A stretch of DNA of 64,000 bases, taken from the human T2T-CHM13v2.0 reference genome, Homo sapiens. A model generated the notes under the pieces. That model made no database searches. It was not told the DNA's origin and was given only the letters and a program-made list of their open reading frames with translations. How positions within the stretch are numbered: position 1 is the first letter of the stretch; each line of letters opens with the position of its first letter. A program made the translations under genes and the position numbers. Positions 1 through 56,590 of the stretch are shown here, in pieces. The DNA lies in assembly GCF_009914755.1 (NCBI RefSeq), contig NC_060939.1. One strand, given 5' to 3'.

Positions 1-904
1 TAAAAAAAGTTTACGTTTTTAAAAGCAATTCTGCAAAATTTGTCAGAATCTTCTATTCACTGTAAAGGCGGTCACATGGGAGGGTTGTAGATCCCACTGT
101 GCCCCTGGCAGACCCTCCTGCCACACATCTCACCTGACACATAAAAGCAAACTAACCTGCTAGGCAGTTTCCCCAGGGTCTATATCCAGGTGGATGTAAT
201 AGCCACTTTGATTACCAACCCCCCCATCCCCCGCCGCCTGCATGTTATGCCTTTGTGGCCTCTGGTCTAGTATCTGATTATCTGCTGATCAATAGCAGGG
301 CAGAGGCCTCATCTTGGTCATTTCCTTGGCCTCATCCTGGGCCAGGATCTGGCATGCCGTGGGCCCATGTCCAAATTGGAGAGAATGACTGAGATTACTG
401 TGGCCTTTTAGCTGGGCAGATTGCCACTCATGGTCCCAGGATGGGAAGCATCACTACTGTTTTGCAAGCATGGTCATGTGCGCATCCAAACCACCTCCCT
501 CCTAGTACCCCAAGGACTCCCCCTTCTTTACCACTCCCAGAAGAGGCTGGGAAGAAAGGAGAAAGAAAGGGAGGACAAAAATCTTTATTGAATCAAATAA
601 CCATTCTAAGGGGCCTGCAAAAACTCACTTGCAGGTGAAGGGCGCCCTGGAGGTGAGTGTCCATTTGCCTGAACAGCCTACTCTGGGTTCCCTGACAGGG
701 GTCATTCCTAGGGGAGGGTTCAGCTGTATATACCCACAGCTCGCTGTGCCAACCCTGATGACAGCTGTTACTGCTGTGTTTAAAATGTTTATTTTTGTCC
801 TGTTTCTCCTACTTGGCTGTGAGTATCTGGAGACCTGTAAATGTGTCTCACTCATTGTCATATCCTCAGGACGCAGCACAGTACCAGGCAAATAGTAGGC
901 CTAC

Positions 905-1219
905 ATGTTAAATAAATGAACAAATGCACATGTAGCTCACAGTAACAACTTGGGGGAAATGACATGTGGACAGGCCCAGGCTTATGAAAACATGCCAACC
1001 TCACCATCCTGGGGTTTAGGACTCTGGCTCAGTGCTGAGCATGTCAGACTCCCACCTACATATATGTTAAATAAATGAACAAATGCACATGTAGCTCACA
1101 GTGACAACTTGGGGGAAATGACATGTGGACAGGCCCAGGCTTATGAAAACATGCCAACCTCACCATCCTGGGGTTTAGGACTCTGGCTCATTGCTGAGCA
1201 TGTCAAGACTCCCACCTAC
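905..1219. repeat. Tandem duplication of ~155 bp of unique intronic DNA (period 159)
   Basis: 905-1059 vs 1064-1219 differ by 2 substitutions and a 1-nt indel. Confidence 0.9.
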
Positions 1220-1417
1220 CTGGGTGGCTCCCCACCCAGGCTGCTTCATCTTTTCAAACATTCCTCCCACTTGCTCCTTCCTCCCACCTGAACAAAGGAA
1301 GTATACAAATATTTTTTCAACGATTGAACGCTTCCCCATGGTGCTCTTTCTCCCTCTAACTTCTCTCTCTCCCCCTCTAACTTCTCTCTCTCCAATCTGC
1401 TTTGCCCACAACACTGA

Positions 1418-1520
1418 TAACAAGCTCAGGGTCACATGGTCCAGTGTCTCTCCTCCTTCCACCTGAAGACCTAAGGTTTGGAAGTTACTTTTGATAAGGC
1501 TAGCATATTTAATTATACAG
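1418..1520. repeat. 103-bp dispersed direct repeat, copy 1 (copy 2 at 3329-3431)
   Basis: taacaag(c/g)tcagggtcacatgg...taattatacag, 3 mismatches between copies. Confidence 0.9.
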
Positions 1521-1776
1521 ACTCAGTTGCCTCCACATGTTGCTGCTGTCCTTTGACTCCTGATTACAGTCACAGCACTTGGTGGCCCTGCCTACCTCAC
1601 CTTGAGCCTCTGGGGCTCACTCTGGCCACAATGGATCAAAGAAGCCACTGAAAAAGATAAGTGCCACCATCCAAAGACTCCCACGCACAGTGGACATGGC
1701 AGGGATGCTACAGTCTCCAGGGGATATCCCTGCTATAAATCTGTAGACCCCAGCCACCTAGCCAGAGGTTTTGCTT

Positions 1777-1997
1777 CAAGGATTGGCAGAGTCTTTTTAT
1801 AAAAGGGCCAGAGAATAACTATTCTAGGCTTTGTGGGCAATACAGTCTGTTGCAACTAGTTAACCCTGCTGTTGTAGCACAAAAGCAGCCATAGGTAATT
1901 TGTAAATGAATGAGCAGGGCTGTGTTCCAACAAAACTTTATTACAAAAACAGGAATAGGCCAAATTCAGCCTATGGGCAGTAGTTTGCCAATCCCTG
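1777..1997 (-). mobile_element. MER58A-like hAT-Charlie MITE
   Basis: TIRs caaggattggca...tgccaatccctg; internal ttttgtaataaagttttgttggaacacagcc on minus strand. Confidence 0.8.
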
Positions 1998-2676
1998 TCC
2001 TGCTTAACTGAGTGGGAGAGTGTGGAAATCGTCATGGTGTTTGATGTCCCTGACACCTTGAAAAGCTCAGCACATTATGCTTCATTTTAGGAGAATCTCC
2101 TGGAACCATCTCAGGAGATGCCAGACAGCTAGGAGGCTCTGAACACCCTGATACTACAACTTAGTTGAGCCTCATCCTTGGCTGTGTATCTCTTATAACC
2201 TTTCACCTTGGGAATGACAGTGGCCACCAGCACCACCCAAGCCCAAGCAGAGACTCACCCCCTTATCTTTGGCACAGACTGGCCAAGCATTGTCAAGCTT
2301 TGGAAAGAAGCACAGACCACATCTGGGATGCACGTTCTCCCATCAGTACCTGCCACTGTTGGGCCCTTCCCTTATCCCAATCAACTGTGGTTCTTCACAG
2401 CCCCAGAGTTCCAAGGTGGCAGACAGGACTCTTGTACTAGCAGACTGGAGGTCACAGCTTCATAGGAGAGTCTCTTCAACAGTGACCACCAGCACTACAA
2501 GGTCTTTGTGGGCACTGGGGTAGCATTGGTTATGTGGGCAGACCAGCCACCTTCCCTGATTCTTCTTTTCCAAAATAGGAGCTAGAGTTCAGCCCTGCCT
2601 AGGGAGGGCCAAAAGAATACTGTCTAGGGAGTTTCTGGGGACCAGAGTATCTGGGGGGTCATCTCTTAATCTTTAC

Positions 2677-35949
<33,273 letters not shown>

Positions 35950-36709
35950 GGGGCGGCCAGGGAGACTTCGCCGAGGAGGAGGTTGCGGGGCCGGAGGCCG
36001 GCTGGAGCGGAGGAAGGGAAGGCGGGCCGGTCCGGTCCGGGCTGGCGAAGGCGGCGGCGCGGCAGGGGTTCAGCAGAGGCTGCAGTGTGCAGCGGCGGAG
36101 GCTGCGCGCGGATTTCTCAATCAGGGCCGCGCGCTGAGGTCTTAAAGGCACCGGCGCCAGCCGAGCGGAGGGCGTGTCCGCGAGGAGGCGACAGGGGCGG
36201 TGCGTCAGGGCCTGGCCCCGCCCATCCCTAGGAAATGCCCTCTTCAGGGCGTCTTCTGCCCTTTAAAGCGACTTGGCTCGTCTCCAGATCTAAAGGTGGG
36301 CGAGTCTGCTGGACGGACGCTGGGACCGTCTTGCAGGGGATGTGGAATAGCTGCCCCCACCCCCGACCACCTGGCCTCGGCGGGACGGGCCTCTGGGGCT
36401 CCGCTCTCCCCAGACGCACGCGCGGATGCTCACCCACGCCGTGGAGGGAAAGCGGGAACTGGAAAGAAGGCTGTGCCCGCAGGCTGGGGGTTCTAGAGCG
36501 GGAAGGGGTCACCGCACCCGAGGACCGGCCTCAGATACCTAAGGACGCTCCCTTTCCCGCCCCACCTTTCCTACAAAATCTGGCTTGGCAGCAGGAAGCC
36601 GAGGAGCTTCCTGGAGGTGGCGGAATTTAAGGAATTAAGGTCAGGGAGCTCCGAGGAGCCCTTGGGGGCTTAGAGAGATGGGAAACAGGATACAGAGGAC
36701 GGTGAACAT

Positions 36710-39990
<3,281 letters not shown>

Positions 39991-40729
39991 CTAGGGAGAA
40001 AAAAATAAAAAACCCAGCCGTCACCACATGGCCACTGAGGAGGTGAGGACAGAGGCTGTCCAGGCTCTCTCCTCTCCCCTCTGGTTGTGCACTCCTCCTG
40101 TGGAGCTGCTTGTCTGTCATTGCATGGTTGTGCATTTGATGTGCATGTGAGTCTGCACTAAAATGCTGGACACGACACGGGACTGGGATACCCAGCCCTG
40201 GCTGTGCCACCTCTCTATATGGGACATCAAACCAGCCCCTTCCTCTCTCTGGGCCTCAACTTCCTGTGAACTAGGGACAATAAGCTCCAAGGGCTGGACA
40301 TCACAGGGCCATTGTGAGGCAGTAAGAGCTCTCTGTGAGCTGGGTAAGGCTAGCTGGCAAGGTTTGTTTATCTAAAGTCTGCCCCTAAGCATGCAGATGT
40401 GGTTGTGGAGAGGAAGGGTGGGGAGAATACATCTTTCCCAGCTCAGAGAAGAAGAACAATGGGCCCTCAGAGGCTGGCGGCCTCCCTGTGACCCCTGCCC
40501 CAGAGCTCTCAGGGAATCACCTAGATGGAAAGGCCCTGGGGAGCAGGGCCCCACCCCGACTCTCCCTCTGAAAGTACCCCAGTGCTGGTGGGGGTGGGGA
40601 GGCACTTCAGCCACCATCAGCTAGGCGCTAGACTTTGAGTCAAGGTCTGATGAGGACATGCTCCTTCAGATAGGGGATGTAGGTCCACACATGGTGCTCC
40701 ATCCATAATGATTGATTGCCAAAAGCTGT

Positions 40730-40900
40730 GCTAAAGCATCATTTAGCCCTAACAATAATGACTTGAAGTAGATGATGTTATACTTCCCATTTTACAGATG
40801 GGGAAACTGAGGCTTGGAGAGGTTACAAGCTGGTAAGCGGCACAACCAGTATTCAGGCCAAGTGGTCTGGCTCCAGTGCCCGTGTCCTTCACCACTGTAC
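40730..40900 (+). mobile_element. MIR
   Basis: cccattttacagatggggaaactgaggct core. Confidence 0.7.
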
Positions 40901-42444
40901 AGTATCATCTTTCTCACGCTGCTGGCATGTGAGGTCCCCCTTCCCCAGACTCAACTGCCAGGAAGTGCTGACCCCCGTATCCTTCCTGACCTGGAGAAAC
41001 AGCTACCCTTCTTAGTTTTTGCTGAGTCAAGCCACCGTTTTCTTTGTAAGAAAGAAAAGGGGGCAAGGCCCTGGAGCTGTAAGAGCCCAGGGAACAGAGA
41101 CTCCCACTCCTGGGGCACCTGGCCTGATCATGCCACCCACCCCATGGGGACTTCTTGCTGGGGGCCTGAGCTCTTCCTCCCCTCACCCTGACTAAGGCTT
41201 TCAACAGAGCAAAGTAATGAGGGTGGTCCTGCAGCTGGGTGTGAGGGTGACAGGCAGTCTTTCTGAAGCCCAGGGCCTTTCCCCAGAACCGGGCCCCTGC
41301 AGGACCCCAACCAGTGGGGTCAACCCAATTTAGTGACAAACCTAAATTATCAGCTCCTCTCCTCACCCTTCAGTTTAACCTTGGACAAAGTGTGCCTCTG
41401 TGGAAGGCAGGGCTTTGGGATCACTGCTCCTAGCCGCCCACCTTCAGCGGGAACAAGCATCAGGGAGTAGGCAGTTCCATAGCACAGCTTGCTTCAGCCC
41501 GTCTTCCTTCCCATACAGAGCCTTTGGTTATCCCTTCCCTCTTGGCACAGAGCAATCCCACTTGAATCTGAGCCCCCAGCCCAATTAGCTCACCTTGCAG
41601 TGGCCACACTCACACCTTGCTAGATGTTCTTCTTCTGTGGCTAGAGAAGGAAGGACAAGCTGTCCATCCTTCAGGCAGATAAAGGGACCAAGAGGGAAGC
41701 CCTGGGGCCCTGTTCATCATCATTGCCCAGGCCAGTCTGACAGCAGCACTCCTTCCTCCTAGCAGCTCTGAGGCTGGGGTCCAGGTGGGTAATTGGTGCC
41801 CCCACCACCCCCTCCTCAATCCTCCTGGTGTTCAGTCCTACCCAGACCTGCTTGTGCCTCCTCTCTGACCTGGCTCTTCTCCTTCCACTGACCTCCAATG
41901 TGCTCAGATGCCTGCCACATCCCCAGACTGTGGTCAGAGAACAGTGAATGATTTAAATCCCTTTAAATTTACTGAGGCTTGCTTTATGGAGTAACATATG
42001 GTCTACTCTCGTGAACATACCATATGTAATTGAAAATGTTTATTTTGCAGAGTAGGGTATACTATAAATATCAATTAGGTCACGGTAGTTGATAATGTTC
42101 AGATCATCTATGACTTCACTGATTTTTTGCACAGTTTCTCTGTCAGTTGTTAAAAGAGGGATGGTGGCCGTGTGCCATGGCTCACGCCTGTAATCTCAGC
42201 ACTTTGGGAGGCCGAGGCAGGTGGATCACAAGGTCAGGAGTTCAAGACCAGCCTGGCCAAGATGGTGAAACCCTGTCTCTACTAAAAATACGAAAATTAG
42301 CTGGGCATGGTGGTGGGTGCCTGTAATCCCAGCTACTCAGGAAGCTGAGGCAGAGAATTGCTTGAACCCAGGAGGCAGAGGTTGCAGTGAGCTGAGATTG
42401 TGCCACCACTGCACTCCAGCCTGGGCAACAGAGCGAGACTCCTT

Positions 42445-43535
42445 TGTTGTGGGAAGTCAGGGACCCGAACTGAGGGACAGGCTGAAGCCATGGCAGAAGA
42501 ACATGGATTGTGAAGATTTCATGGACATTTATTAGTTCCCCAAATTAATACTTTTATAATTTCTTATGCCTGTCTTTACTGCAATCTCTAAACATAAATT
42601 GTGAAGATTTCATGGACACTTATCACTTCCCCAATCAATACCCTTGTGATTTCCTATGCCTGTCTTTAATCTCTTAATCCTGTCGTCTCTTAAGCTGAGG
42701 AGGATGTATGTCACCTCAGGACCCTGTGATGATTGCATTAACTGCACAAATTGTAGAGCATGTGTGTTTGAACAATATGAAATCTGGGCACCTTGAAAAA
42801 AGAACAGGATAACAGCAATGTTCAGGGAACAAGAGAGATAACCTTAAACTCTGACCGCCGGTGAGCCGGGTGGAACAGAGCCATATTTCTCTTCTTTCAA
42901 AAGCAAATGGGAGAAATATCACTGAATTCTTTTTCTCAGCAAGGAACATCCCTGAGAAAGAAAATGCATCCCTGAGGGTAGGCCTCTGAAATGGCCACTT
43001 CGGGGGGCGGCCATCTTTTATGGTTGAGCTGTAGGGATGAAATAAGCCCCAGTCTCCCCTAGCACTCCCAGGCTTATTAGGACGAGGAAATTCCCACCTA
43101 ATAAATTTTTGGTCAGACTGGTGGTCTGCTCTCAAACCCTGTCTCCTGATAAGATGTTATCAATGACAATGTGTGCCTGAAACTTCATTAGCAATTTTAA
43201 TTTCACCCCGGTCCTGTAGTCCTGTGATCTCACCCTGCCTCCATTTGCCTTGTGATATTCTATTACCTTGTGAAGCATGTGATCTCTGTGACCCACACCC
43301 TATTCGTACACTCCCTCCCCTTTTGAAAATCACTAACAAAAACTTGCTCAGGGGGGCATCACGGAACCTGCCAACATGTGATGTCTCTCCCAGACATCCA
43401 GCTTTAAAATTTCTCTCTTTTGTACCTTGTCCCTTTATTTCTCAGACTGGCCGACACTTAGGGAACACAGAAAAGAACCTACATGAAATATCAGGGGTGA
43501 ATTTCACCCAATATCTGGCTGAATATCCCCCGATA
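42445..43535 (+). mobile_element. MER11 (HERVK11/HML-8) solo LTR inserted in an Alu
   Basis: tgttgtgggaagtcagggaccc...ttgtgaagatttcatggaca (x2)...tcccccgata; 6-bp TSD CTCCTT at 42439-42444 and 43536-43541. Confidence 0.85.
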
Positions 43536-43875
43536 CTCCTTCTCAAAAATAAAATAAAATAAAAAACACAAAAATACAAAAATTAGCCGGGCGTGGTGGC
43601 GGGTGACTGTAATCACAGCTATTCAGGAGGCTGAAGCAGAGAACTGCTTGAACTCGGGAGACGGAGGTTGCAGTGAGCTGAGATCATGCCACTGCACCCC
43701 AGCCTAGGCAACAGAGCAAGACTCCATCTTAAAAAAAAAAAAAAAAGAGAGGGATGTTAAGACTTTCAAATATGATTGTGGCATCATCTATTTCTCCCAT
43801 TAATTCTGTCAAATTTTGCTCTGTGGATTTTGAGATTAAATTGTTATGTTAATTTTTTTTTTTTTTTTTTTTTGA

Positions 43876-43980
<105 letters not shown>

Positions 43981-44762
43981 TGAGTAGCTGGGACTACAGG
44001 AGCTCACCACCACGCCCAGCTAATTTTTCTGTATTTTCAGTAGAGATGGAGTTTCACCGTGTTAGGATGGTCTCGATCTCCTGACCTTGTGATCTGCCTG
44101 CCTCGGTCTCCCAAAGTGCTAGGATTACAGGCGTGAGCCACCGCGCCCGGCCTTAAATATTTTATGATTGTTGTCTTTTATCATTATGAATGTTCCTCTG
44201 TATCTCTGCTAACACTTTTTGCTTTGAAGTCTATTTTATCTGATATTATGCTCACTATTTGCATCTATATCTTTTACCATCCATTTACTGTCAATCTATT
44301 TATGTCTTTATGTTTAAAATGTATCTCTTGCTTTTTTCATTTTGTTAATCTCTGTGTTTTGTTTGTTTGTTTGTTTTTGTTTTTTTAACAGAGAGTTTTT
44401 TGCTCTGTCACCCAGACTAGTGTGTGCAGTGGCATGATCATAATGCACTGCAGCCTCAAATTCCTGGGCTCAACTGATCCTGCCACCTCAGCCTCCCAAG
44501 CAGCTGGGACTACAGGCAAATGCCACCATGCCCAGCTAATTTTTTCATTTTTTTATTTTTAGTAGAGATGGGGTCTTGCTATGCTACCCAGGCTAGACTT
44601 GAACTCCTGGGCTAAAGCAATCCTCCTGCCTTGGCCTCCCAAAGTGCTGGGATTATATGCATGAGCCACTGCACCCTGCCAATCTCTGCCTTTTAATTGG
44701 GCTGTGTAGTCCATAGATATTTAATGTAATAATTGATATGGTTGAATTTAGGTCTATCATTA

Positions 44763-44993
<231 letters not shown>

Positions 44994-46337
44994 TTAGCCA
45001 AGTGTGGTGGCACACACCTATCATCTCAGCTACTTGGGAGGTTGAGGTGAGAGGATCACTTGAGCCCAGGATGTTGAGGCTGCAGTGAGCCACGTCAGGT
45101 TCCTGCCACTACACTCCAGCCTGGGCAACTGAGAGAGATCCTGTCTCAAAAAAAAAAAAAAAAAAAAAAGAATTCCATTTTAATTATCTATTGACATTTA
45201 GCTCTACCTCTTTGTCTTATATTAGTGGTTTCTCTAGAGATTGTGATATAACTACCTAACTTTTCACAGTCTACTTAGAGATATTATTGTATGACTTCAC
45301 ATAAAACATAAAAGCCTTGCAACTGTATAGGTCCACTTACTACCATCTCCTGCCCCATCTTTTATGCTGTATTTGTCATATGTGTTATAACTACATATAT
45401 TATAAACCCCAGAAATGTTACACTTTTTGCTTTAAGCTGTCCTGTGCATTTTAAAGAGAGTGAGAATAAAAAAGTATTTTGCTTTTCCTCATGTATTTAC
45501 CATTTCTGATCCCCTTCATTCATTCTCGAATCTAAGATTTCATTCATTCTTGAAGGTCTAAGATTTTCTCTGATAGCATTTCTCCTTAGCCTGAAAAATT
45601 TCCTTCAGCACTTCTTGTGGTGTAGATCTGCTGGCAATGAATTTTCTTAGTTTTACCCGAAAATACCTTTATTTTATATTTATCATCCTATTGGACATAG
45701 AACTCTGTATTAACTGTCCTTTTTCTTTCAGCACTTTTAAAGATTTTTCTCCAGTATATCTGTACTTCATAGTTTCAGGTGAGAAGTCAATGATCCTTCA
45801 AGTTGTTGTTCTCCAAATTGTCATGTGTTATCTTTGGCTGCTTTCAAAATTTTCTCTTTATCTTTGTTTTCAGTAGTTTCATTATGATGTGAATAGGAGT
45901 GGTTTCCTTCATATTTATCTGTGGTTCCCTGAGATTTTTGAATCCGTAAATTTATCTCTTACCAAATTTGAGTATTTGGGGCCATTATTTCATTAAAGTT
46001 TTTTTCTGCCCCATTTTCTTTCCCATCTTCTTCTAGAACTCCAATAAATACCACTACTTTAGTATTGTTCGATAGGTCAATTTTTTTCAGAGAAAGATGT
46101 GTCTCAATATTTCTTTGATTTCACTGACCCATTCTTCTGACACCCCCAATTTGCTTGTTAAGCTCGCACATTGAATATATTATTTTATTTATTTTTAGGT
46201 CTAGAATTTCTATTTTTTCAAGTTTTCTTTTCTCTGCTAAAACTCTCTATCCATGTGTTCATTATCACTATCTTCTTTAAAGTCTTTTGTAAATATCCAT
46301 ATCTGCCTCAAAGTTTTTTTCCCCAACATTTGGGTGA

Positions 46338-46928
<591 letters not shown>

Positions 46929-47078
46929 TAAAAAAATTGTGGCTGGGCGAGGTGGCTCTCGCCTGTAATCCTAGCACTTTGGGAGGCCGAGGCAGGTGGA
47001 TCTCAAGGTCAGCAGTTTGAGACCAGCATGGCCAGCATGGTGAAACCCCGTCCATACTAAAAATATAAAAGTTTGCTA

Positions 47079-47321
<243 letters not shown>

Positions 47322-47605
47322 CTAATTTAACTCTTTTTTATGATGATTCTATTAAAAGTTTTACCCCCATTATTATGATGAATTCCTTCATCCTGGGATA
47401 TAGTCTTTTAAGGTGTGACTTCTATGGGATTTCAGTAGACAGTCCAAGGCATTTGCCAAGCCCCTTTAAATTTCTGAAAATTGAACCACAAATTCTGCCT
47501 CCCTTGGAGTATGCAGCAACTGAAATATCTGCCCTTTTCCTTCTGCCTTTCAACTACTGCTTTCTACTGAGCTCCTTGGAGTTTCACTTCATGGACGTGT
47601 AGTAA

Positions 47606-47917
<312 letters not shown>

Positions 47918-47968
47918 TAGTAGAGAAGGGGTTTCACCGTGTTAGCCAGGATGGTCTCCATCTCCTGA

Positions 47969-48284
<316 letters not shown>

Positions 48285-49364
48285 TGATCCACCCACCTCA
48301 GCCTTCCAAAGTGCTGAGATTACAAGCATGAGCCACCGTGCCTGGCCTCTCCACCAATATCTTAAGCTGAGAAGTCTATAGCTTTGTGCATGAGTTCTAG
48401 CATCTCACAGTGTGTAAACTGGGGTGTCCCTAAGAAGGAAACTTTGGCCGGGCGTGGTGGCTCATACCTGTAATCCCAGCACTTTGGGAGGCTGAGGTGG
48501 GTGGATCATGAGGTCAGGAGATCCAGACCATCCTGGCTAACATGGTGAAACCCCGTCTGTACTAAAAATACAAAAAATTAGCTGGGTGTGGTGGCGGGCG
48601 CCTGTAGTCCCAGCTACTTTGAGGCAGGAGAATCGCTTGAACCCAGGAGGCAGAGCTTGCGGTGAGCCGAGGTTGGGCCACTGCACTCCAGCCTGGGCGA
48701 CAGAGCAAGACTCCATCTCAATAAATAAAAAAAAAAAAAGAAGAAGAAGAAGAAGAAAACTTTGGAAACATGGATCTCATTCAGTGCACTTCTCTTTTTT
48801 CTGGGGTCAAATCTCCAGGTTCTACGGGCTCTTGAATTCTGTCTAGTTCCTCCATGTTGTTTTTTAAATTTTATTTTTTTAATTGACATTCAGTAAATGT
48901 CAATTGTACATTTCTATGAATTTTAACATATGTATAGATGCATCACAAGATACAGAATAGTTCTACCATCCCCCAAAACTAACTCTTTTCAACATCTTAT
49001 ACTAGTATGGTCCACATGTCTCAATTGGTGAACCAATGTTAATACATTATTATTAACTAAGGTCCATACATTATTCAGCTTCCCTTAAGTTTTTGGCTAT
49101 AGTCCTTTTCTTGTTCCAGGATTCCATCCCAGCACTATATTACATTTAGTCATCATGTCTCTTTGGGTTCCTCTTGTCACCATGGTTTTAATTTGCATTT
49201 CCCTAATTAATGTTAAACATATTTTATGTGCTTATCTGCCATCTATATAATCTCTTTGGTGAAGTATCTCTTCAAATCTTTTGCTATTTGTATTGAAATG
49301 TAGTTTACATGCCATAAAATTCATCATTTTATTTATATATTTATTTAATTTTTTTTTTTTTTGA

Positions 49365-49703
<339 letters not shown>

Positions 49704-49706
49704 TAA

Positions 49707-49985
<279 letters not shown>

Positions 49986-51593
49986 TAAAGTGCTGGGATT
50001 ACAGGCATGAGCCACCTCACCTGGCCCCATCACTACTATCTAATTCCAGAACATTTTCATCACCCTCCAAAAATATCTCATATTCATTAGGCAGTCACTC
50101 CCCTATTCTCTCCTCTCCTAATAACCACAAATCTGCTTTTTGTCTCTATGAATTTATCTATTATGGACACTTTGTATAAATGGAATTATATAATGTATGG
50201 CCTTTTGTGACTGGTTTCTTTCATTGAGCATGTTTTCAAGATTCATCCATGTTGTACCATGTACCAGTACTTCATTCCTTTTTTTTCTTTTTTGAGACAG
50301 GGTCTTGCTGTTGCCCAGGCTGGAGTACAGTGGCATGATCACATCTCACTGCAGCCTTGACATCCCAGGCTCACACAATCCTCCCACCTCAGCCTCCCAA
50401 GTAGCTAGGATCACAGGCACATGCCACCATACCCAGCTATTTTTTTTTTTTTTTAATAGAGACAGGGTCTCACTGTGTTAGCCAGGCTGGTCTCAAAACT
50501 CCTGGCTCAAACAGTCCTCTCACCTCACCCTCCCAAAATACTGGGATTACAGGCATGAACCACTGCGCCTTGCCTTCATTCCTTTTAATGAACATATAAT
50601 ATTCCATTTTATGTATATACATTTTGTTTATCCATTCATCAGTTGATAGGCATTTGGATTGTTTCCACTGTTTGAATATTATAAATAATGGTACTATGAC
50701 AATTCATGTACAAGTTTTTGTTTGAACATATGTTTTCACTTCTCTTGAGTATATGCCTAGGAGTGCAGTTGCTGGGTCATATGAAAATTCTGCTTAACTT
50801 TTTAAAGAAACTTGCCAAAGCAACTGCACCATTTTACATTTCCATGAGCAATGTTTCAGTTTCTCTACATCCTCACCAATTCTTGTTTTTATCTGTATTT
50901 TTTATTATGGCCATTCTAGCAACTGTGAAGTAATATTTCATTGTGGTTTGGGTTTGCATTTCCCTGATGAGTAATGATGTCGAGTATCTTTTCATGTGCC
51001 TATTGGCCATTTGTAGATCTTTCTTTTTTTTTTTTTTAGACGAAATCTCACTCTGTCTCCCAGGCTGGAGTGCAGTGGTGCAATCTCGGCTCACTGCAAC
51101 CTCCACTTCCCAGTTCAAGCGATTCTTGTGTCTCAGCCTCCTGAGTAGCTGAGACTATGACCACCACGCCCAACTAATTTTTGTATTTTTAATAGAGACA
51201 GGGTTTCACCATGTTGGCCAGGCTGGTCTCAAACTCCTGACTTTAAGTGATTCACCTGCTTTGGCCTCCCAAAATGCTGGGATTACAGGGGTGAGCCACC
51301 ACGCCCTGCCAATGCTTTGCTTTTGATGTTATATTTGAGAAACTTGCCTACTTTAAAGTCACAAAGATGTATACCTACGTTTTCTCCTAAGAGCTTCTAG
51401 TTTTAGTTCTTACTTTTAGGCCTTTGATCTACTTCGAGTTAATTTTTTATGTGGTGTGAGGTAGGCATCCAACTTCATTCTTTTGCATGTAGATATCCAG
51501 TTGTCCCAGCATCATTTATAGAAATGGTCTTTTCCCCCACTGAATTATCTTGGGATTGTGGTTAAAAATAGATTAGCCACAGGAAAAAAAAAA

Positions 51594-53730
<2,137 letters not shown>

Positions 53731-54364
53731 GCCAGGGAGAAATTTAAATAATTTTTACCTAAAATTGTAATACATTATTCTATTTTGGTATAAATAAAAT
53801 GGTTAAATAACATTGTGAGTTTTAATACACTTTTCAGTTTTTCTGTATTTTTCAACCACTTCCGCGTTCTGAAAAAAGCAACAATTTAAGAATATATTAC
53901 AAAGTGTATGGTGCACACATTTTTTTATTTGCCTCAGGAGCCAATATGTTGAGACATGGCATTGTTGATTCAGCTGTGTGGGGCTTAACTATTGGAAAAG
54001 AGATTTTTATTTTTACTCTATGAGTTTGAGTATAGTGTGGAAAATCATCTGCTAAAAGTATCCCCATTTTACAGATGAAGACCCTATTAAGAAAGGCTAA
54101 GCAACCGCCCAAGGTCCCCAGCTCTGCTAGGTAGTTACCCTAGAGCTTGTGTTATTGGCCTCCATTCATGATATTTATAGACTTGATTAGCTAATAATCA
54201 GGTATTGTTTCTTGTATGTGGCTTTGTCTCTATTGATTGCATCCATTATATGTTAATATTTGCTTCTTACAGAATATTTAATAAGGTTGAAATATGAGTG
54301 GAAGGGACTTTATATACCACGGAGATAACTTAATCCATCCTGCAGTTCCCTAAGGAGCCAATAA

Positions 54365-54768
<404 letters not shown>

Positions 54769-55772
54769 TTAGGGTTGCTGGATGAGGGCAAATGCATAAT
54801 TAAATGACGAATGTGTTCATTAAGGCAGTGGTGGGAAGAACAAAAAGAAGAGGACATAAAAGAGTGATTGAGGTGATTGACAAAAGAAGGGACATAAAAG
54901 AGTGATTGACACTTGAGTATCCTTTGAGTTGGGTTGTTCCTAGCCATCCTTTCCGATCTCCCTTCCTAACTTAAGTAGGTTAAGGATTAAGGTTTCTTCC
55001 ACTCTAGTTCTTGATTCATGTTCACTGGTAAATAACACCACTTCAGACTCTTTCAAAGTGCTATAATATTGATTTATTTGATCCTCTCAAAAGAAGAGTA
55101 CAGACAACCATTTTAGAATGACTGTTAAGGGTCTTAACTTTAAGGTTCAAAGGACACACAACTCAGCTGTTCTGCAGTTGAACCCTGTGGGTAACAACAC
55201 AGACGAACTTCAGTCTGTTTGGCTGATGGGGCTGTGGAGAGAGCAGGACACACGTCTTCATGAAGTTTCAGTCCTGACAGTTTCTCATAAGGTATCATTT
55301 CTTACCTCTCTTTAGGACCATTCTGAGAGAATACATGTAGAGATCTTCAAATCAGGAAGGTCATCACCACTATCTTTCTTGCCATTATCATATCAATCTT
55401 CCCCAATAGTAACACAGGACTTCTCTTATAGCATCCAGCTAAACTGGTTTTTCACTTACTGATGCTTCCTAGAGCCTAGGAAAAGCATAGAGGACCTACC
55501 TGTCTATCCCTCTGTTCTGGACTGTTGATTCCATAGTTGATTCCTACCTCCAGGGGAATGCTACAGATGCCTCCCTTCCCAACCAAGCAACAGGGACTAA
55601 GCAATTAAGAACAAATTTTCCTCTAAAGTTGTGTCATATCACAGATTATTACCATTATCTGGCCTCTTCAAAAGAGAATGCATTTTCCTCTATATGTAAC
55701 CATGAATGTATATATGTCCAAATGGATTTGTTCATCTGTGTTGAACTTGGGAGAACCTTTAGTGATCTTCTA

Positions 55773-56590
<818 letters not shown>

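Noticed and set aside
1418-1520. Duplicated 103-mer as an H/ACA snoRNA (ACA near its 3' end)
   Set aside because: No ANANNA H box at a hinge and no convincing double hairpin
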